DNA of 63,939 bases from Pseudobdellovibrionaceae bacterium (GTDB lineage Bacteria; Bdellovibrionota; Bdellovibrionia; Bdellovibrionales; Bdellovibrionaceae): positions 1-63,939 of the forward strand of contig JBGGMM010000167.1 of the NCBI GenBank assembly GCA_041288045.1, written 5' to 3'. Positions 9,566 through 18,812 of the stretch are shown piece by piece. A program made the position numbers and the translations under genes. The notes under the pieces were generated by a model, which did no database searches, was not told the DNA's origin, and worked only from the letters and a program-made list of their open reading frames with translations. Positions within the stretch are counted from its first letter, which is position 1, and each line of letters starts with the position of its first letter.

Positions 9566-10413
9566 AAGATTTTTGGTATTTGTTCCGCCAAAATCGGGGT
9601 GCTGTGATGGGCCTTTGCCTGGTTCTGTTGGCCGCCGTGATCGCTCTGCTAGCTCCCCTGATTGCGCCCTTTGAACCCATCACGGTTTTCAACGAGTCTT
9701 TAAAGCTCCCGCCCTTCTGGCATGATGGAGCAAATGGCTCTTATCTGTTAGGAACGGATGATCTGGGCCGAGACCTTTTATCTCGTTTGATTTATGGGTC
9801 TCGAGTTTCATTGGGGATTGGCTTTTTCGTCGTCGTTTTTAATTTGTTCTTTGGTTTGATCTTGGGTCTGACGGCAGGTTCTTTCGGCGGTTGGGTGGAC
9901 ACGGTCATCATGCGATTGATGGACATCATTCTTGCTTTGCCATCGATTCTTTTGGCAATTGTCGTCGTGGCAATTCTGGGCCCTAGCCTGATCAACACAG
10001 TGATCGCTGTTGGAATTGTCACACTTCCCAATGTCGTTCGAGTGGTGCGTGCTTCGATTCTGGTCGAGAAAAAGAAAAACTACGTCGCTGCCTCTAAAAG
10101 CTTCGGCGCTTCATGGTTTCGAATTTACATTTTGAATGTGCTTCCCAATTGTCTGGCGCCACTTTTGGTTCAGGCGAGCTTTGGGTTTAGTGACGGGATT
10201 CTCAATGCAGCAGCTCTCGGTTTTTTGGGCCTCGGTGCGCAGCCTCCAATCCCCGAGTGGGGAACAATGTTGTCAGACGCCAGAGCTTATATTGAATCTG
10301 CGCCCTGGCTCGTGACTTTGCCGGGACTTTGTATCCTTATTGTCGTCATTGCATTTAATTTGTTGGGCGATGGACTTCGGGATGCTTTGGATCCCAAGGT
10401 GAAACGAGCATGA
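9562..10413 (+). CDS. dppC: Dipeptide ABC transporter permease
   Basis: Permease with a conserved N-terminal OppC-type segment. Start trimmed to ATG 9562, which forms an ATGA overlap with the dppB stop (track start 9532 lies inside dppB). Confidence 0.88.
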   Translation: MKDFWYLFRQNRGAVMGLCLVLLAAVIALLAPLIAPFEPITVFNESLKLPPFWHDGANGSYLLGTDDLGRDLLSRLIYGSRVSLGIGFFVVVFNLFFGLILGLTAGSFGGWVDTVIMRLMDIILALPSILLAIVVVAILGPSLINTVIAVGIVTLPNVVRVVRASILVEKKKNYVAASKSFGASWFRIYILNVLPNCLAPLLVQASFGFSDGILNAAALGFLGLGAQPPIPEWGTMLSDARAYIESAPWLVTLPGLCILIVVIAFNLLGDGLRDALDPKVKRA

Positions 10414-11396
10414 GTTTACTGCAGGTCAAAAACCTCAATATTGATTTTAGCACTTCCACCGGAGTGATTCAGGCTCTCCGAGATGTGAACTTTCGTCTCG
10501 AAGAAGGCGAAGCTTTAGGAATAGTCGGCGAATCTGGCTCTGGAAAGAGTGTGACGAGCTTGGCTTTGTTTGATTTGCTTGCCAGCAATTCAATTGTACG
10601 CAGTGGAGAGATTTTTTTCAAAGGCCGGGATATTCGGAAAATGTCTGAAGCTGAAAAATTGAAACTTCGAGGTGCTGACATTTCCATGATCTTTCAAGAT
10701 CCCATGTCGAGCCTCAATCCCTGCTTCACTGTTGAATACCAAATCTCTGAAGTTTTAAAAGTTCATCAAGGTCTGACCGGTGCTTCGGCCCGGGATAAGA
10801 TTCTTGAGCTGCTCAGACAAGTAGGGATTCCGGATCCTCAATCCAGACTTCATGTTTATCCACATGAACTTTCCGGCGGAATGAGCCAACGAGTGATGAT
10901 TGCCATAGCCATCGCCTGTTCTCCAAAAATTCTTATTGCAGATGAGCCCACCACAGCTTTGGATGTGACAATCCAAAAACAAATTCTCTCGCTTTTACAG
11001 AAACTGAGAAAAGAGAAAAAAATGTCTCTTGTTTTGGTTTCACATGATCTCGGAGTCATCGCGCAAAACACGGATCGACTTCTTGTCATGTATGCCGGGG
11101 AGATTGTTGAAGAGGGTGATTCGATGGCGGTGATTCAAAAGCCGACTCACCCATACACTGAGGGGCTTCTTCAGTGCTTGCCTGGATTGCATTCTCATGA
11201 AAGCCGAGATTTTCGTTTACCGACAATTCCAGGGATTGTGCCCAATCTCGGACAACGTCCCTCCGGCTGTCAGCTCAATCCGCGTTGTCCTTATAAGAAA
11301 AAAAACTGTGAAGAAAAGCCGGTGCCGCTTTTTCAGGTCCAAGCCAACCGAGAAGCTCGTTGTCTTTATCCACTGAACGTTGAAAGGAGCCTTTAA
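10410..11396 (+). CDS. dppD: Dipeptide ABC transporter ATP-binding protein
   Basis: Walker A GESGSGKS, signature LSGGMSQR, Walker B ILIADEPTTALD. C-terminal oligopeptide-ABC Cys motif (CQLNPRCPY). Confidence 0.92.
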   Translation: MSLLQVKNLNIDFSTSTGVIQALRDVNFRLEEGEALGIVGESGSGKSVTSLALFDLLASNSIVRSGEIFFKGRDIRKMSEAEKLKLRGADISMIFQDPMSSLNPCFTVEYQISEVLKVHQGLTGASARDKILELLRQVGIPDPQSRLHVYPHELSGGMSQRVMIAIAIACSPKILIADEPTTALDVTIQKQILSLLQKLRKEKKMSLVLVSHDLGVIAQNTDRLLVMYAGEIVEEGDSMAVIQKPTHPYTEGLLQCLPGLHSHESRDFRLPTIPGIVPNLGQRPSGCQLNPRCPYKKKNCEEKPVPLFQVQANREARCLYPLNVERSL

Positions 11397-11767
11397 TGGA
11401 AATTTTCATTCTTACGGTCGCATTGCTTTTTGCAATTCCCAATTTTTCAAGTGCATCTGAAAGTTCCAGCACAAAAGAGCAAATTCAAAAAGATTTCGAA
11501 AAAGGTTACGAAGACCTGAAAGTGCAAATCAAAGAACTGCAGGAAAAAGCCAAGACGAGTTCGGGAAATGCCAAAAAAGAAATGGAAACCCAGCTGGCTA
11601 AATTGGACCAAGAGCAAAAAGAGTTTCAAACTCAAATGCAAAAACTGAAAAAGTCGTCCGGCAAAGCATGGGATGATGTCAAAACTGGTACCGGTGATGC
11701 TTACGAGAGCCTGAAAAAGTCAGTCATTCAAGCCAAGCAGCGCTTTCAGTCCGAGGACAAGAAGTAG
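11396..11767 (+). CDS. Small secreted K/E/Q-rich helical protein embedded in the dpp operon (unknown function)
   Basis: Signal peptide MEIFILTVALLFAIPNFSSA, then about 100 aa of heptad-like charged helix. AGGAG 6 nt upstream. The start shares one nt with the dppD stop (TAATG). The stop shares one nt with the dppF GTG (TAGTG). Confidence 0.65.
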   Translation: MEIFILTVALLFAIPNFSSASESSSTKEQIQKDFEKGYEDLKVQIKELQEKAKTSSGNAKKEMETQLAKLDQEQKEFQTQMQKLKKSSGKAWDDVKTGTGDAYESLKKSVIQAKQRFQSEDKK

Positions 11768-12720
11768 TGTTGGTTGTTGAGAATCTCAAGAAGACTTTCA
11801 AAACTCCGAGAGCTTTCAAAAAACCTCTCGAAGTTCAAGCTTTGCGCGGGGTCAGTCTTAGCGTTGATGCTGGCGAGACTCTGGCCATTGTCGGTGAATC
11901 CGGCTGTGGCAAAAGCACATTGGCGAAAGTGCTTTTGAAAATTGAATCACCTTCATCCGGCCAAGTCACAATTGATGGAAAGGCTTTGGCAGCGATTTCT
12001 CTGAAGGAACTTTCGGATCACATGCAGATGATCTTTCAGGATCCTTATTCGTCGATCAATCCCAGGAAAAAGGTTTTTCAAATCATTTCTGAGCCCTTAA
12101 AAATCAAAGGCGTTTCGACTGAAGAAATCAAAAAATCAGTGGAATCCGTCGCTCAGATGGTGGGCCTTCGACCCGAAATCCTTCGGCGCTATCCCCATAT
12201 GCTCAGCGGCGGCCAGCGACAAAGAGTCGGCATTGCCAGAGCACTTGTCACCAGTCCCCAATTGATTGTCTGTGACGAGCCGGTTTCAGCCTTAGATGTG
12301 TCTGTTCAGGCTCAGGTTCTAAATTTGCTCTTGGACCTCCAAAAGCAAAAGGGTCTCAGTTATCTTTTTATTTCACATGACCTGGGGGTCGTTCGTTTTC
12401 TCGCCCATCGCGTGGGTGTTATGTATCTGGGTCAAATTGTAGAAATTGGTGATCGAGATGCGATTTTTAAGAAACCTCTCCATCCTTACACTCAGCTTCT
12501 TTTAAAGAGCACGCCTTCAATTTCAATAGCTGAAAATTTCAATACGACTGAGGCAACCGAACTTCCTTCACCACTCAATCCGCCTTCTGGTTGCAGTTTT
12601 CACACTCGTTGTCCTTATATGACTGAGCTTTGTCGGGAAAAAACACCGGAACTTCGGGTGTTAATGGGATCTCAAGTCGCCTGTCACCATGCTGAAAAAA
12701 TCGCTGGGGGCCAAGCTTGA
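11767..12720 (+). CDS. dppF: Dipeptide ABC transporter ATP-binding protein
   Basis: Walker A GESGCGKS, signature LSGGQRQR, Walker B LIVCDEPVSALD, C-terminal CSFHTRCPY motif. GTG start. Confidence 0.9.
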   Translation: MLVVENLKKTFKTPRAFKKPLEVQALRGVSLSVDAGETLAIVGESGCGKSTLAKVLLKIESPSSGQVTIDGKALAAISLKELSDHMQMIFQDPYSSINPRKKVFQIISEPLKIKGVSTEEIKKSVESVAQMVGLRPEILRRYPHMLSGGQRQRVGIARALVTSPQLIVCDEPVSALDVSVQAQVLNLLLDLQKQKGLSYLFISHDLGVVRFLAHRVGVMYLGQIVEIGDRDAIFKKPLHPYTQLLLKSTPSISIAENFNTTEATELPSPLNPPSGCSFHTRCPYMTELCREKTPELRVLMGSQVACHHAEKIAGGQA

Positions 12721-13724
12721 AGTTTCAGGTGCCAGAACTGAAATTTTCAAAAACTTTTCCCAAGACCACTGGTTTATCTCCAAAAAGCTCAATTCTCATT
12801 TATGATCAGATTCTTTCAAAAAGTCCAAACGCGAATGCGTGGATTCAAAAATTTCCTTTTCGCTATGCTGTCACGTCTGGTGAAGAACTGAAAGATCTTA
12901 AAAATTTTCCTGCTCATATGGAAAAAATTCTCAATTTGTCTGGTGAAATTTCAGAAAGGCCTCTGCAAATTGTTTGTTTGGGTGGGGGCAGTGTCGGTGA
13001 TTTTTCTGGGTTTTCTGCCAGTGTTCTCAAGCGCGGCGTGGACTTTATTCAAATCCCAAGCACTTGGCTTTCCGCCATTGACTCAGCTCACGGTGGAAAG
13101 ACGGCTTTAAACGTTGGAAACATTAAGAATCAGATTGGCTCTTTTCATTCAGCGAATAAAATTTATCTCATTCGTGAGCTTTTAATATCTCAACCTCAAG
13201 AGCGAATGGATGAAGCACTCGGCGAAGCTTTGAAAATTTCTTTGATTCAGGGAAAGGCGCTCTGGAAAAAGTGGGAGAAAATTCAGGTCTGGAATTCAGA
13301 GAATCTCTGGAAGCTTCTTCCAGACCTGATCAAAGCTAAATATCAAATCGTCAAAAGGGATCCCTGGGAACAAAAAGGTATTCGTCATGTTCTCAATTTC
13401 GGACACACTTTGGGACATGTCTTCGAAGCTGAGCTTGGCCAAGCTCATGGAAAGGCTGTTCTCGAGGGCCTTCGATTTGCGATTTGCTGGAGTGAGAAGA
13501 AGAAAATTTTGAAATCCAAATCTCTTTTGCAATCCCATTTTTTGCCTGAAATTCGAAACTCTCTAAAAAGTCTGCAATCTCCGGAAAAATTTCTTTCTCA
13601 GGATAAAAAGCGCGTCGCAAACGGGAAAATCCGCTTTATTTTTCTTCAATCACCTGGAAAACCCCTGATACAATCAGTGACTGTTTCCGAAGTTCTCGAT
13701 GAGGTAAAAAGGCAAGCGCAATGA
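12717..13724 (+). CDS. aroB: 3-dehydroquinate synthase
   Basis: GGGSVGDFSGF, PSTWLSAIDSAHGGKTALN, NFGHTLGHVFE and HGKAV motifs. TTG start overlapping the dppF stop (TTGA). Confidence 0.85.
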   Translation: MKFQVPELKFSKTFPKTTGLSPKSSILIYDQILSKSPNANAWIQKFPFRYAVTSGEELKDLKNFPAHMEKILNLSGEISERPLQIVCLGGGSVGDFSGFSASVLKRGVDFIQIPSTWLSAIDSAHGGKTALNVGNIKNQIGSFHSANKIYLIRELLISQPQERMDEALGEALKISLIQGKALWKKWEKIQVWNSENLWKLLPDLIKAKYQIVKRDPWEQKGIRHVLNFGHTLGHVFEAELGQAHGKAVLEGLRFAICWSEKKKILKSKSLLQSHFLPEIRNSLKSLQSPEKFLSQDKKRVANGKIRFIFLQSPGKPLIQSVTVSEVLDEVKRQAQ

Positions 13725-14893
13725 AGTCCTTTTCTTTTCAAGGTGAAATTCCGGCTTCGAAATCAATGATGAACAGGGCTTTGTTGCTGCAAAGCTATCA
13801 ACCAGGTCTTCAAATCGTTGGTAACTCCAATTGTGACGATGTTCGACACATGAAATTGGCCTTGGCCGCTTTTATTCAGAAAAAAAATATTCCCTGTGGC
13901 GAAGCCGGGACTGTGATTCGGTTCATGGGAATGCGGGCTTCTCGGGAAAAGGGAACCTTTGCTCTGCTAGGCAGTCCTAGGCTTCTCAGTCGGCCCCAAG
14001 ATGAACTGATTTATATTCTCAATCAACTCTCTGTGAATGTGCAGCTTTTGAATGACCAAATCATCATTCACAGTGAGGGCTGGAAAAAGCCAATGATCCC
14101 CATTCGCGTCCACCGCGAAACTTCTAGTCAATTTGCAACTGCTTTGCTTTTGAACTCTTGGAAACTTCCATTTGATTTAGAATTTGAAATGAAACCCGGT
14201 GTGTCCGAAGGCTATTGGCAAATGAGTGTGGAGCTAGCTCAGAAAGCAGGCCTTGTTGTTCAGAAAAAAGGGGATTTTTGGAAAGTTCCCGCCCAACAGG
14301 AACTGCAGCCCCATCAAATCATGATGGAACCTGATTACAGTTCCGCATTTGCTTTGGCGGCAGCCGGCGCTCTTTGCGGCGAAACAGTCATCACAAATGC
14401 AACTGCTACAAGCTTTCAACCGGATTATATTTTTATCGATTTGCTGAAGAAAATGAACATTCCCGTTGAGCTGAAGGATCAACAATTGAAAGTACGCCAA
14501 GCTCAGGAAATAAAACCATTAGATATCAGTTTGCACTCTTCTCCGGATCTTTTTCCTGTGCTTTCTGTTCTGTGTGCTTTTTCCAAAGGGGAATCCATTC
14601 TCAAGGGTGCTACTCATTTGGCTCATAAAGAGTCTCATCGGGTCGAAAAAACGGCCGAGCTTTTAAGGCTTGCCGGATTTTATGCCAAGCTCAGGCCGGA
14701 TGGACTGCAGATTCAAGGGCAGGGAAAAGGATTTAAGCCTCAAAAGTTCGAATTTGATCCCGATCAGGATCATCGGATGGCGATGGCCGCGGGCATTTTG
14801 AAGCTTCAGGGATTTGATGTCAAAATTCATCAGCCACAAGTGGTGAGCAAAAGTTTTCCTGAATTCTGGCGGGCATTGGGTATTCAGGCATGA
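13721..14893 (+). CDS. aroA: 3-phosphoshikimate 1-carboxyvinyltransferase (EPSP synthase)
   Basis: KSMMNRALLL and GEAGTVIRF motifs, DHRMAMA near the C-terminus. ATGA overlaps on both sides. Short for the family (390 aa). Confidence 0.88.
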   Translation: MKSFSFQGEIPASKSMMNRALLLQSYQPGLQIVGNSNCDDVRHMKLALAAFIQKKNIPCGEAGTVIRFMGMRASREKGTFALLGSPRLLSRPQDELIYILNQLSVNVQLLNDQIIIHSEGWKKPMIPIRVHRETSSQFATALLLNSWKLPFDLEFEMKPGVSEGYWQMSVELAQKAGLVVQKKGDFWKVPAQQELQPHQIMMEPDYSSAFALAAAGALCGETVITNATATSFQPDYIFIDLLKKMNIPVELKDQQLKVRQAQEIKPLDISLHSSPDLFPVLSVLCAFSKGESILKGATHLAHKESHRVEKTAELLRLAGFYAKLRPDGLQIQGQGKGFKPQKFEFDPDQDHRMAMAAGILKLQGFDVKIHQPQVVSKSFPEFWRALGIQA

Positions 14894-16704
14894 AGCTTGT
14901 TTTACTGGGACATCGCGGAACTGGGAAATCCCAGCTTTTAGAAAGACTGAAGACCTATTGGAAGGACAAATCTTCCAATTTGAAATTTTTTGATCTTGAC
15001 CGAGAGATTGAATTTCGTGAAGGCAAAACCATTTCTCAAATTTTCAATGATGCTGGAGAAAAAGATTTTCGCGACCTCGAAGTGAATGTCTTTCATGATC
15101 TGATTCGTGCCAATCCAGAATTTGTCATTTCCATGGGGGCTGGCTTTCCTTTGCAGCACATCCCAGCTGACATTCAACGACTGTGGGTGCGCCGAAAAAC
15201 AGATTTCCTTGGAAGAATTTTTCTCAATCGGCCTCGCCTGAATCCCGAAATGTCACCGCTTGAAGAGTACCTGCAACGGCTTCCACTGCGCGAGGAGCGC
15301 TATCGAAAGCATTCCACAGATGAGTATCTCATGCCTGAGGGAATCGAATCGGCCAATTCAATCGAGGAAAGAATCTTTAAAGAGGACTATCGAAATTTGG
15401 GTGGAGTCCTTACCCTTCTTCCCATTCATTTTCGCAGTCTGGAAAGTCTGCAAAATCGGATTCGCAATTTTGATGTGGATTTTTTTGAGCTTCGGGATGA
15501 TCTCTTAAGCCTTCAACAAATTCAAATGGTTACCAGCCTTCTGCCGCCCAGGCGTGTGCTTTTGAGCTTAAGGTCTGCGAAAACCAACCCGTGGATTCAG
15601 GAGTTCTTACGAACTGGGATTTCTTGGGATTGGGCCCTCGAGCTAGGCGCCTGCCCTTTTGGTGAAGCTCCGATTTTTTCACTGCATCAAGTTCCAAGGG
15701 CAATTCTTCAAAGCAAAGAGAGTTTGGAAACTTTCCTTGCAGAGAAAAAAATCCCGGCCACTTCTCATATCAAATTATCACCCATCATTGAAAGCTTCTC
15801 TGAATTGCAGATTCTTTTAAATTGGCAGAATGAAAACCCATCACAGCGAAGCGTCCTTCCCAGATCTCAGGCCGGGCGCTGGGGCTGGATTCGCCTTTGG
15901 CTGAAAGGCCGGCAAAAAATTAATTTTTTCCGACTCGATCAGGGATCGGCCTTGGATCAGCCAACACTTTTTGAATGGATGAGCACTCCTTTTCAAATCC
16001 AAAATTTCGCAGCTCTTTTAGGCCACCCCGTTTTTCACAGTCGAACTCCGATTGAGCACCAAGCTTATTTTCAAAAAAAAGGATGGCCTGTTTTTGCCAT
16101 TGATATCGAAGAGGAGGAATTTCAAAAGGCCATTGAGCTCTTGTCTTTTTTGGGACTGCAGGCGGCGGCAGTGACTTCCCCTTTAAAGGTCAAAGCTTTT
16201 CAATGGGCTCAAGAGCGATCACCGATTGTGCAAGAGCTTGAAAGTGCCAACACTCTTTTTTTCAAAGACCAGAAATGGTCGGCTCACAACACGGATCTTG
16301 ATGGTTTTCGTTTTTTATTTTCTCAGATCACCGGTGACACACAGTCCTTGGCCGTTTGGGGCGGTGGCGGAACTCTGCCAGTGATCTTAAAAATTGCTCC
16401 CAATGCCATTTTCTTTTCAGCCCGAACAGGGGAGCTGAAACGAGAATATGGGGATCAGCAGAAATGGACTCGGGATCAGATCGTCAGTATGCAAATGGAA
16501 GGACCGCGAATTCTGATCTGGGCCGCTTCACCTGAGGCCCAGCTTCCGCCAGAGGATTGGCGGCCCGAATTTGTGCTGGATTTGAATTACCGCGAAGATT
16601 CCCTGGCCAGAGAGTACGCTCTTCAGGTAAATGCTCAGTATCTGGACGGTCTCGGCATGTTCAAAGAACAGGCGCGAGCACAAAGAGAATTTTGGGATCG
16701 GTGA
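14890..16704 (+). CDS. aroK-aroD-aroE: Trifunctional fusion: shikimate kinase / type I 3-dehydroquinate dehydratase / shikimate 5-dehydrogenase
   Basis: N-terminus: Walker A GHRGTGKS, DLDREIE...GKTISQIF, GEKDFRDLE (AroK). Middle: DFFELRDD, LLSLRSAK, SLHQVP (His), SHIKLSP (Lys), GRWGWIRL (AroD type I landmarks). C-terminus: ALLGHPVFHSRTPIEH, SPLK, NTD.DG, WGGGG (AroE). One uninterrupted 604-codon frame. Confidence 0.8.
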   Translation: MKLVLLGHRGTGKSQLLERLKTYWKDKSSNLKFFDLDREIEFREGKTISQIFNDAGEKDFRDLEVNVFHDLIRANPEFVISMGAGFPLQHIPADIQRLWVRRKTDFLGRIFLNRPRLNPEMSPLEEYLQRLPLREERYRKHSTDEYLMPEGIESANSIEERIFKEDYRNLGGVLTLLPIHFRSLESLQNRIRNFDVDFFELRDDLLSLQQIQMVTSLLPPRRVLLSLRSAKTNPWIQEFLRTGISWDWALELGACPFGEAPIFSLHQVPRAILQSKESLETFLAEKKIPATSHIKLSPIIESFSELQILLNWQNENPSQRSVLPRSQAGRWGWIRLWLKGRQKINFFRLDQGSALDQPTLFEWMSTPFQIQNFAALLGHPVFHSRTPIEHQAYFQKKGWPVFAIDIEEEEFQKAIELLSFLGLQAAAVTSPLKVKAFQWAQERSPIVQELESANTLFFKDQKWSAHNTDLDGFRFLFSQITGDTQSLAVWGGGGTLPVILKIAPNAIFFSARTGELKREYGDQQKWTRDQIVSMQMEGPRILIWAASPEAQLPPEDWRPEFVLDLNYREDSLAREYALQVNAQYLDGLGMFKEQARAQREFWDR

Positions 16705-16705
16705 A

Positions 16706-17749
16706 ATGGCAGCAAATACTTTTGGTCATTACTTTCAAATCCATTCCTTTGGTGAAAGCCATGGGCCAGCTCTAGGCTGCGTGATTGAGGGCTGCCCTGC
16801 GGGTCTAGCATTCGATTTCTCTTTGCTGCAATCAGAACTTCAACGTCGAAGACCTGGCCAGCAGGGTCTGCAGAGCGCAGGAGTGTCGCAGCGCCAAGAA
16901 TCCGATGAAGCCGAAGTGCTCAGCGGTGTTTTCGAAGGCATGACCCTGGGCACTCCAATCGCAATTATTGTTCGCAATCAGGACGCCAAATCACAAGATT
17001 ACCAGCAAATCAGATCCCAAGCACGGGCTGGCCATGCGGATGATGTGTGGGAATCAAAATTTGGGCACCGCGATCATCGCGGCGGCGGCCGCTCATCAGG
17101 ACGTGAAACGATTGCCCGTGTGATGGGCGGCGCAGTTGCTAAAATGCTTCTTCGAAAACTGGCTCCAGAGCTTTGCATTTTTGGCTTCTCGACTCAAATT
17201 GGCCCTTTGACTTTAACGTCAGAAGAAAAAATTGATTTTCTTTCAGGATCGAATTTCTCAAAATCCCCTCAGGATTCTTTTTTTGCCAGATTCCCAAGCT
17301 CAAGAGACCAGGATGTTCGCGAGCTTTTGCAGAAAGCACAAGAAACGGGTGAAAGCTACGGAGCTCGAGTGGAAATCCGAGTCAAAGGCATGGTCCCGAA
17401 CCTAGGCCAACCGGTTTTTCATAAATTAAAATCAGATTTGGCAAAAGCCCTGATGAGTGTCGGCGCGGTCTCAGCATTTCAAATTGGTGAAGGAGCTCCT
17501 GAATTGGAAAAGGGCACTGATTTTCATCAAAACGAAAGCTCGGTCTATGGCGGCATTCGTGGTGGAATTTCAACAGGCGAAGAGCTCATTCTGCAGGCGA
17601 GTCTCAAACCCACAAGCTCGATTTTGGACATCGCTAAAAAAGGCCGTCATGACCCTTGCATAGCAACTCGGGCCATTCCTGTCCTTGAATCCATGGTGGC
17701 CTTGGTTTTAGCAGATCATCTGCTTTTAAAGCGGTTGGATCAGATTTAA
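16706..17749 (+). CDS. aroC: Chorismate synthase
   Basis: FGESHGPALGCVIEGCPAG, RRRPGQ, HRDHRGGGRSSGRET motifs. Start trimmed to ATG 16706, 1 nt after the upstream stop (track start 16631 lies inside the fusion gene). Confidence 0.93.
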   Translation: MAANTFGHYFQIHSFGESHGPALGCVIEGCPAGLAFDFSLLQSELQRRRPGQQGLQSAGVSQRQESDEAEVLSGVFEGMTLGTPIAIIVRNQDAKSQDYQQIRSQARAGHADDVWESKFGHRDHRGGGRSSGRETIARVMGGAVAKMLLRKLAPELCIFGFSTQIGPLTLTSEEKIDFLSGSNFSKSPQDSFFARFPSSRDQDVRELLQKAQETGESYGARVEIRVKGMVPNLGQPVFHKLKSDLAKALMSVGAVSAFQIGEGAPELEKGTDFHQNESSVYGGIRGGISTGEELILQASLKPTSSILDIAKKGRHDPCIATRAIPVLESMVALVLADHLLLKRLDQI

Positions 17750-17751
17750 AA

Positions 17752-18648
17752 TTATTTTTTATCCTGATCCTGGTTTTTTTCATCTTTCGGATCTTTTCGA
17801 AGATCTCGAAGGCCGACTTCAGAAATGTCGTGGTCCTTAAACCAATTCATCAGATCGACGAAATAATGACGGTACCAATCGTCAACGGCTGAAAGGTTAA
17901 GCCCCAGTTGAACTCGGTCATATTTAGCCATGTTCACAGAGAATTTAGATGGAGTCGTGATGTACACTCGCAAATTATCATAACCTTTGTTTTGCGGGTA
18001 AAAGTAGTAAACCCACTCTCTGAGTTCCATGAGGATATTGGCGTAATTGTCGATCACCATCCATTTGCCATTCGTGGTGCGAACGATTGTTGCCACATGA
18101 AAGGCCCAGTTTGTGCCACCAGCACTCATAGGTCCCACCAACCAAACTTTACGGATGGACTCTTTCATAATGCCCATTTTCAAAAGAACTAAATGAGCAT
18201 AAGTGGCGCGCCCAAAGCAGTAGCCAATTTCCGTGGTTTCACGGTCGTATTTTTCATTCTGTGAATAAGCGACAACCGGATGAATATTCATGGATTCAAT
18301 GATTTTTTGTGCATTTACTGGGTCAATTGCTGGTAATCGGTAGCGACCTTGAGGATGAGGAGTCTGTGCTTGAACAGGAAGCGCATAGACTTGATCAATT
18401 GCCTTCTCATTCATTTCCTTAAGACGAGCTGGACTGTATTTGTGAGCCTCATTCCATTGCATCGCCAAAAGGTCAGCATGTAAAAGTGGATCAACAGGTT
18501 CTGGCTCTTGTGGTTCTACCTCTGGTGTCTGAGTTGTTGGTGTCGTAGGTGCTGGAGTTGAATCAGATTCTTTCAGATCGGCTTTGGGACCGCAGTTTGT
18601 CAGAACCATACTCAAAACAAGAAGCAGGAAAAATTTTGTAAAATTCAT
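17752..18648 (-). CDS. Secreted lipoprotein with a possible transglutaminase-like Cys-His-Asp core
   Basis: Lipobox LTNCG and a P/T/E-rich linker. Ordered GYCFGRA (Cys) ... WAFHVATIV (His) ... WMVIDN (Asp), resembling the transglutaminase/papain-like triad order. The function is inference. Confidence 0.55.
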   Translation of the reverse strand: MNFTKFFLLLVLSMVLTNCGPKADLKESDSTPAPTTPTTQTPEVEPQEPEPVDPLLHADLLAMQWNEAHKYSPARLKEMNEKAIDQVYALPVQAQTPHPQGRYRLPAIDPVNAQKIIESMNIHPVVAYSQNEKYDRETTEIGYCFGRATYAHLVLLKMGIMKESIRKVWLVGPMSAGGTNWAFHVATIVRTTNGKWMVIDNYANILMELREWVYYFYPQNKGYDNLRVYITTPSKFSVNMAKYDRVQLGLNLSAVDDWYRHYFVDLMNWFKDHDISEVGLRDLRKDPKDEKNQDQDKK

Positions 18649-18812
18649 GATATCTCCGAAACTTTTGATGATAGGACTTATTCAGTAGCAAGAATCCGTC
18701 CAAAATTTGAGATCTCAACTCAACTAAAATAGCTGTAGAAAAGAAAGAGTGGGAAATATTTTTAGGGTCATCTGTGAACGAAGCCAATTTGGAACTGACG
18801 AGGAAAATGTTT

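Noticed and set aside
16631-16705. N-terminal extensions given by the ORF track: aroC 16631, menD 22388, menH 23932, glmS 52009, speB 41979, dppC 9532, pip 28097, mltF 55916, trmFO 57964, hydrolase 32508, protease 26985, HNH 59272
   Set aside because: In each case an internal ATG restores the conserved family N-terminus or signal peptide. It also creates a canonical ATGA/TAATG junction or an SD spacing. The extension would overlap the upstream gene and has no homology-like features.
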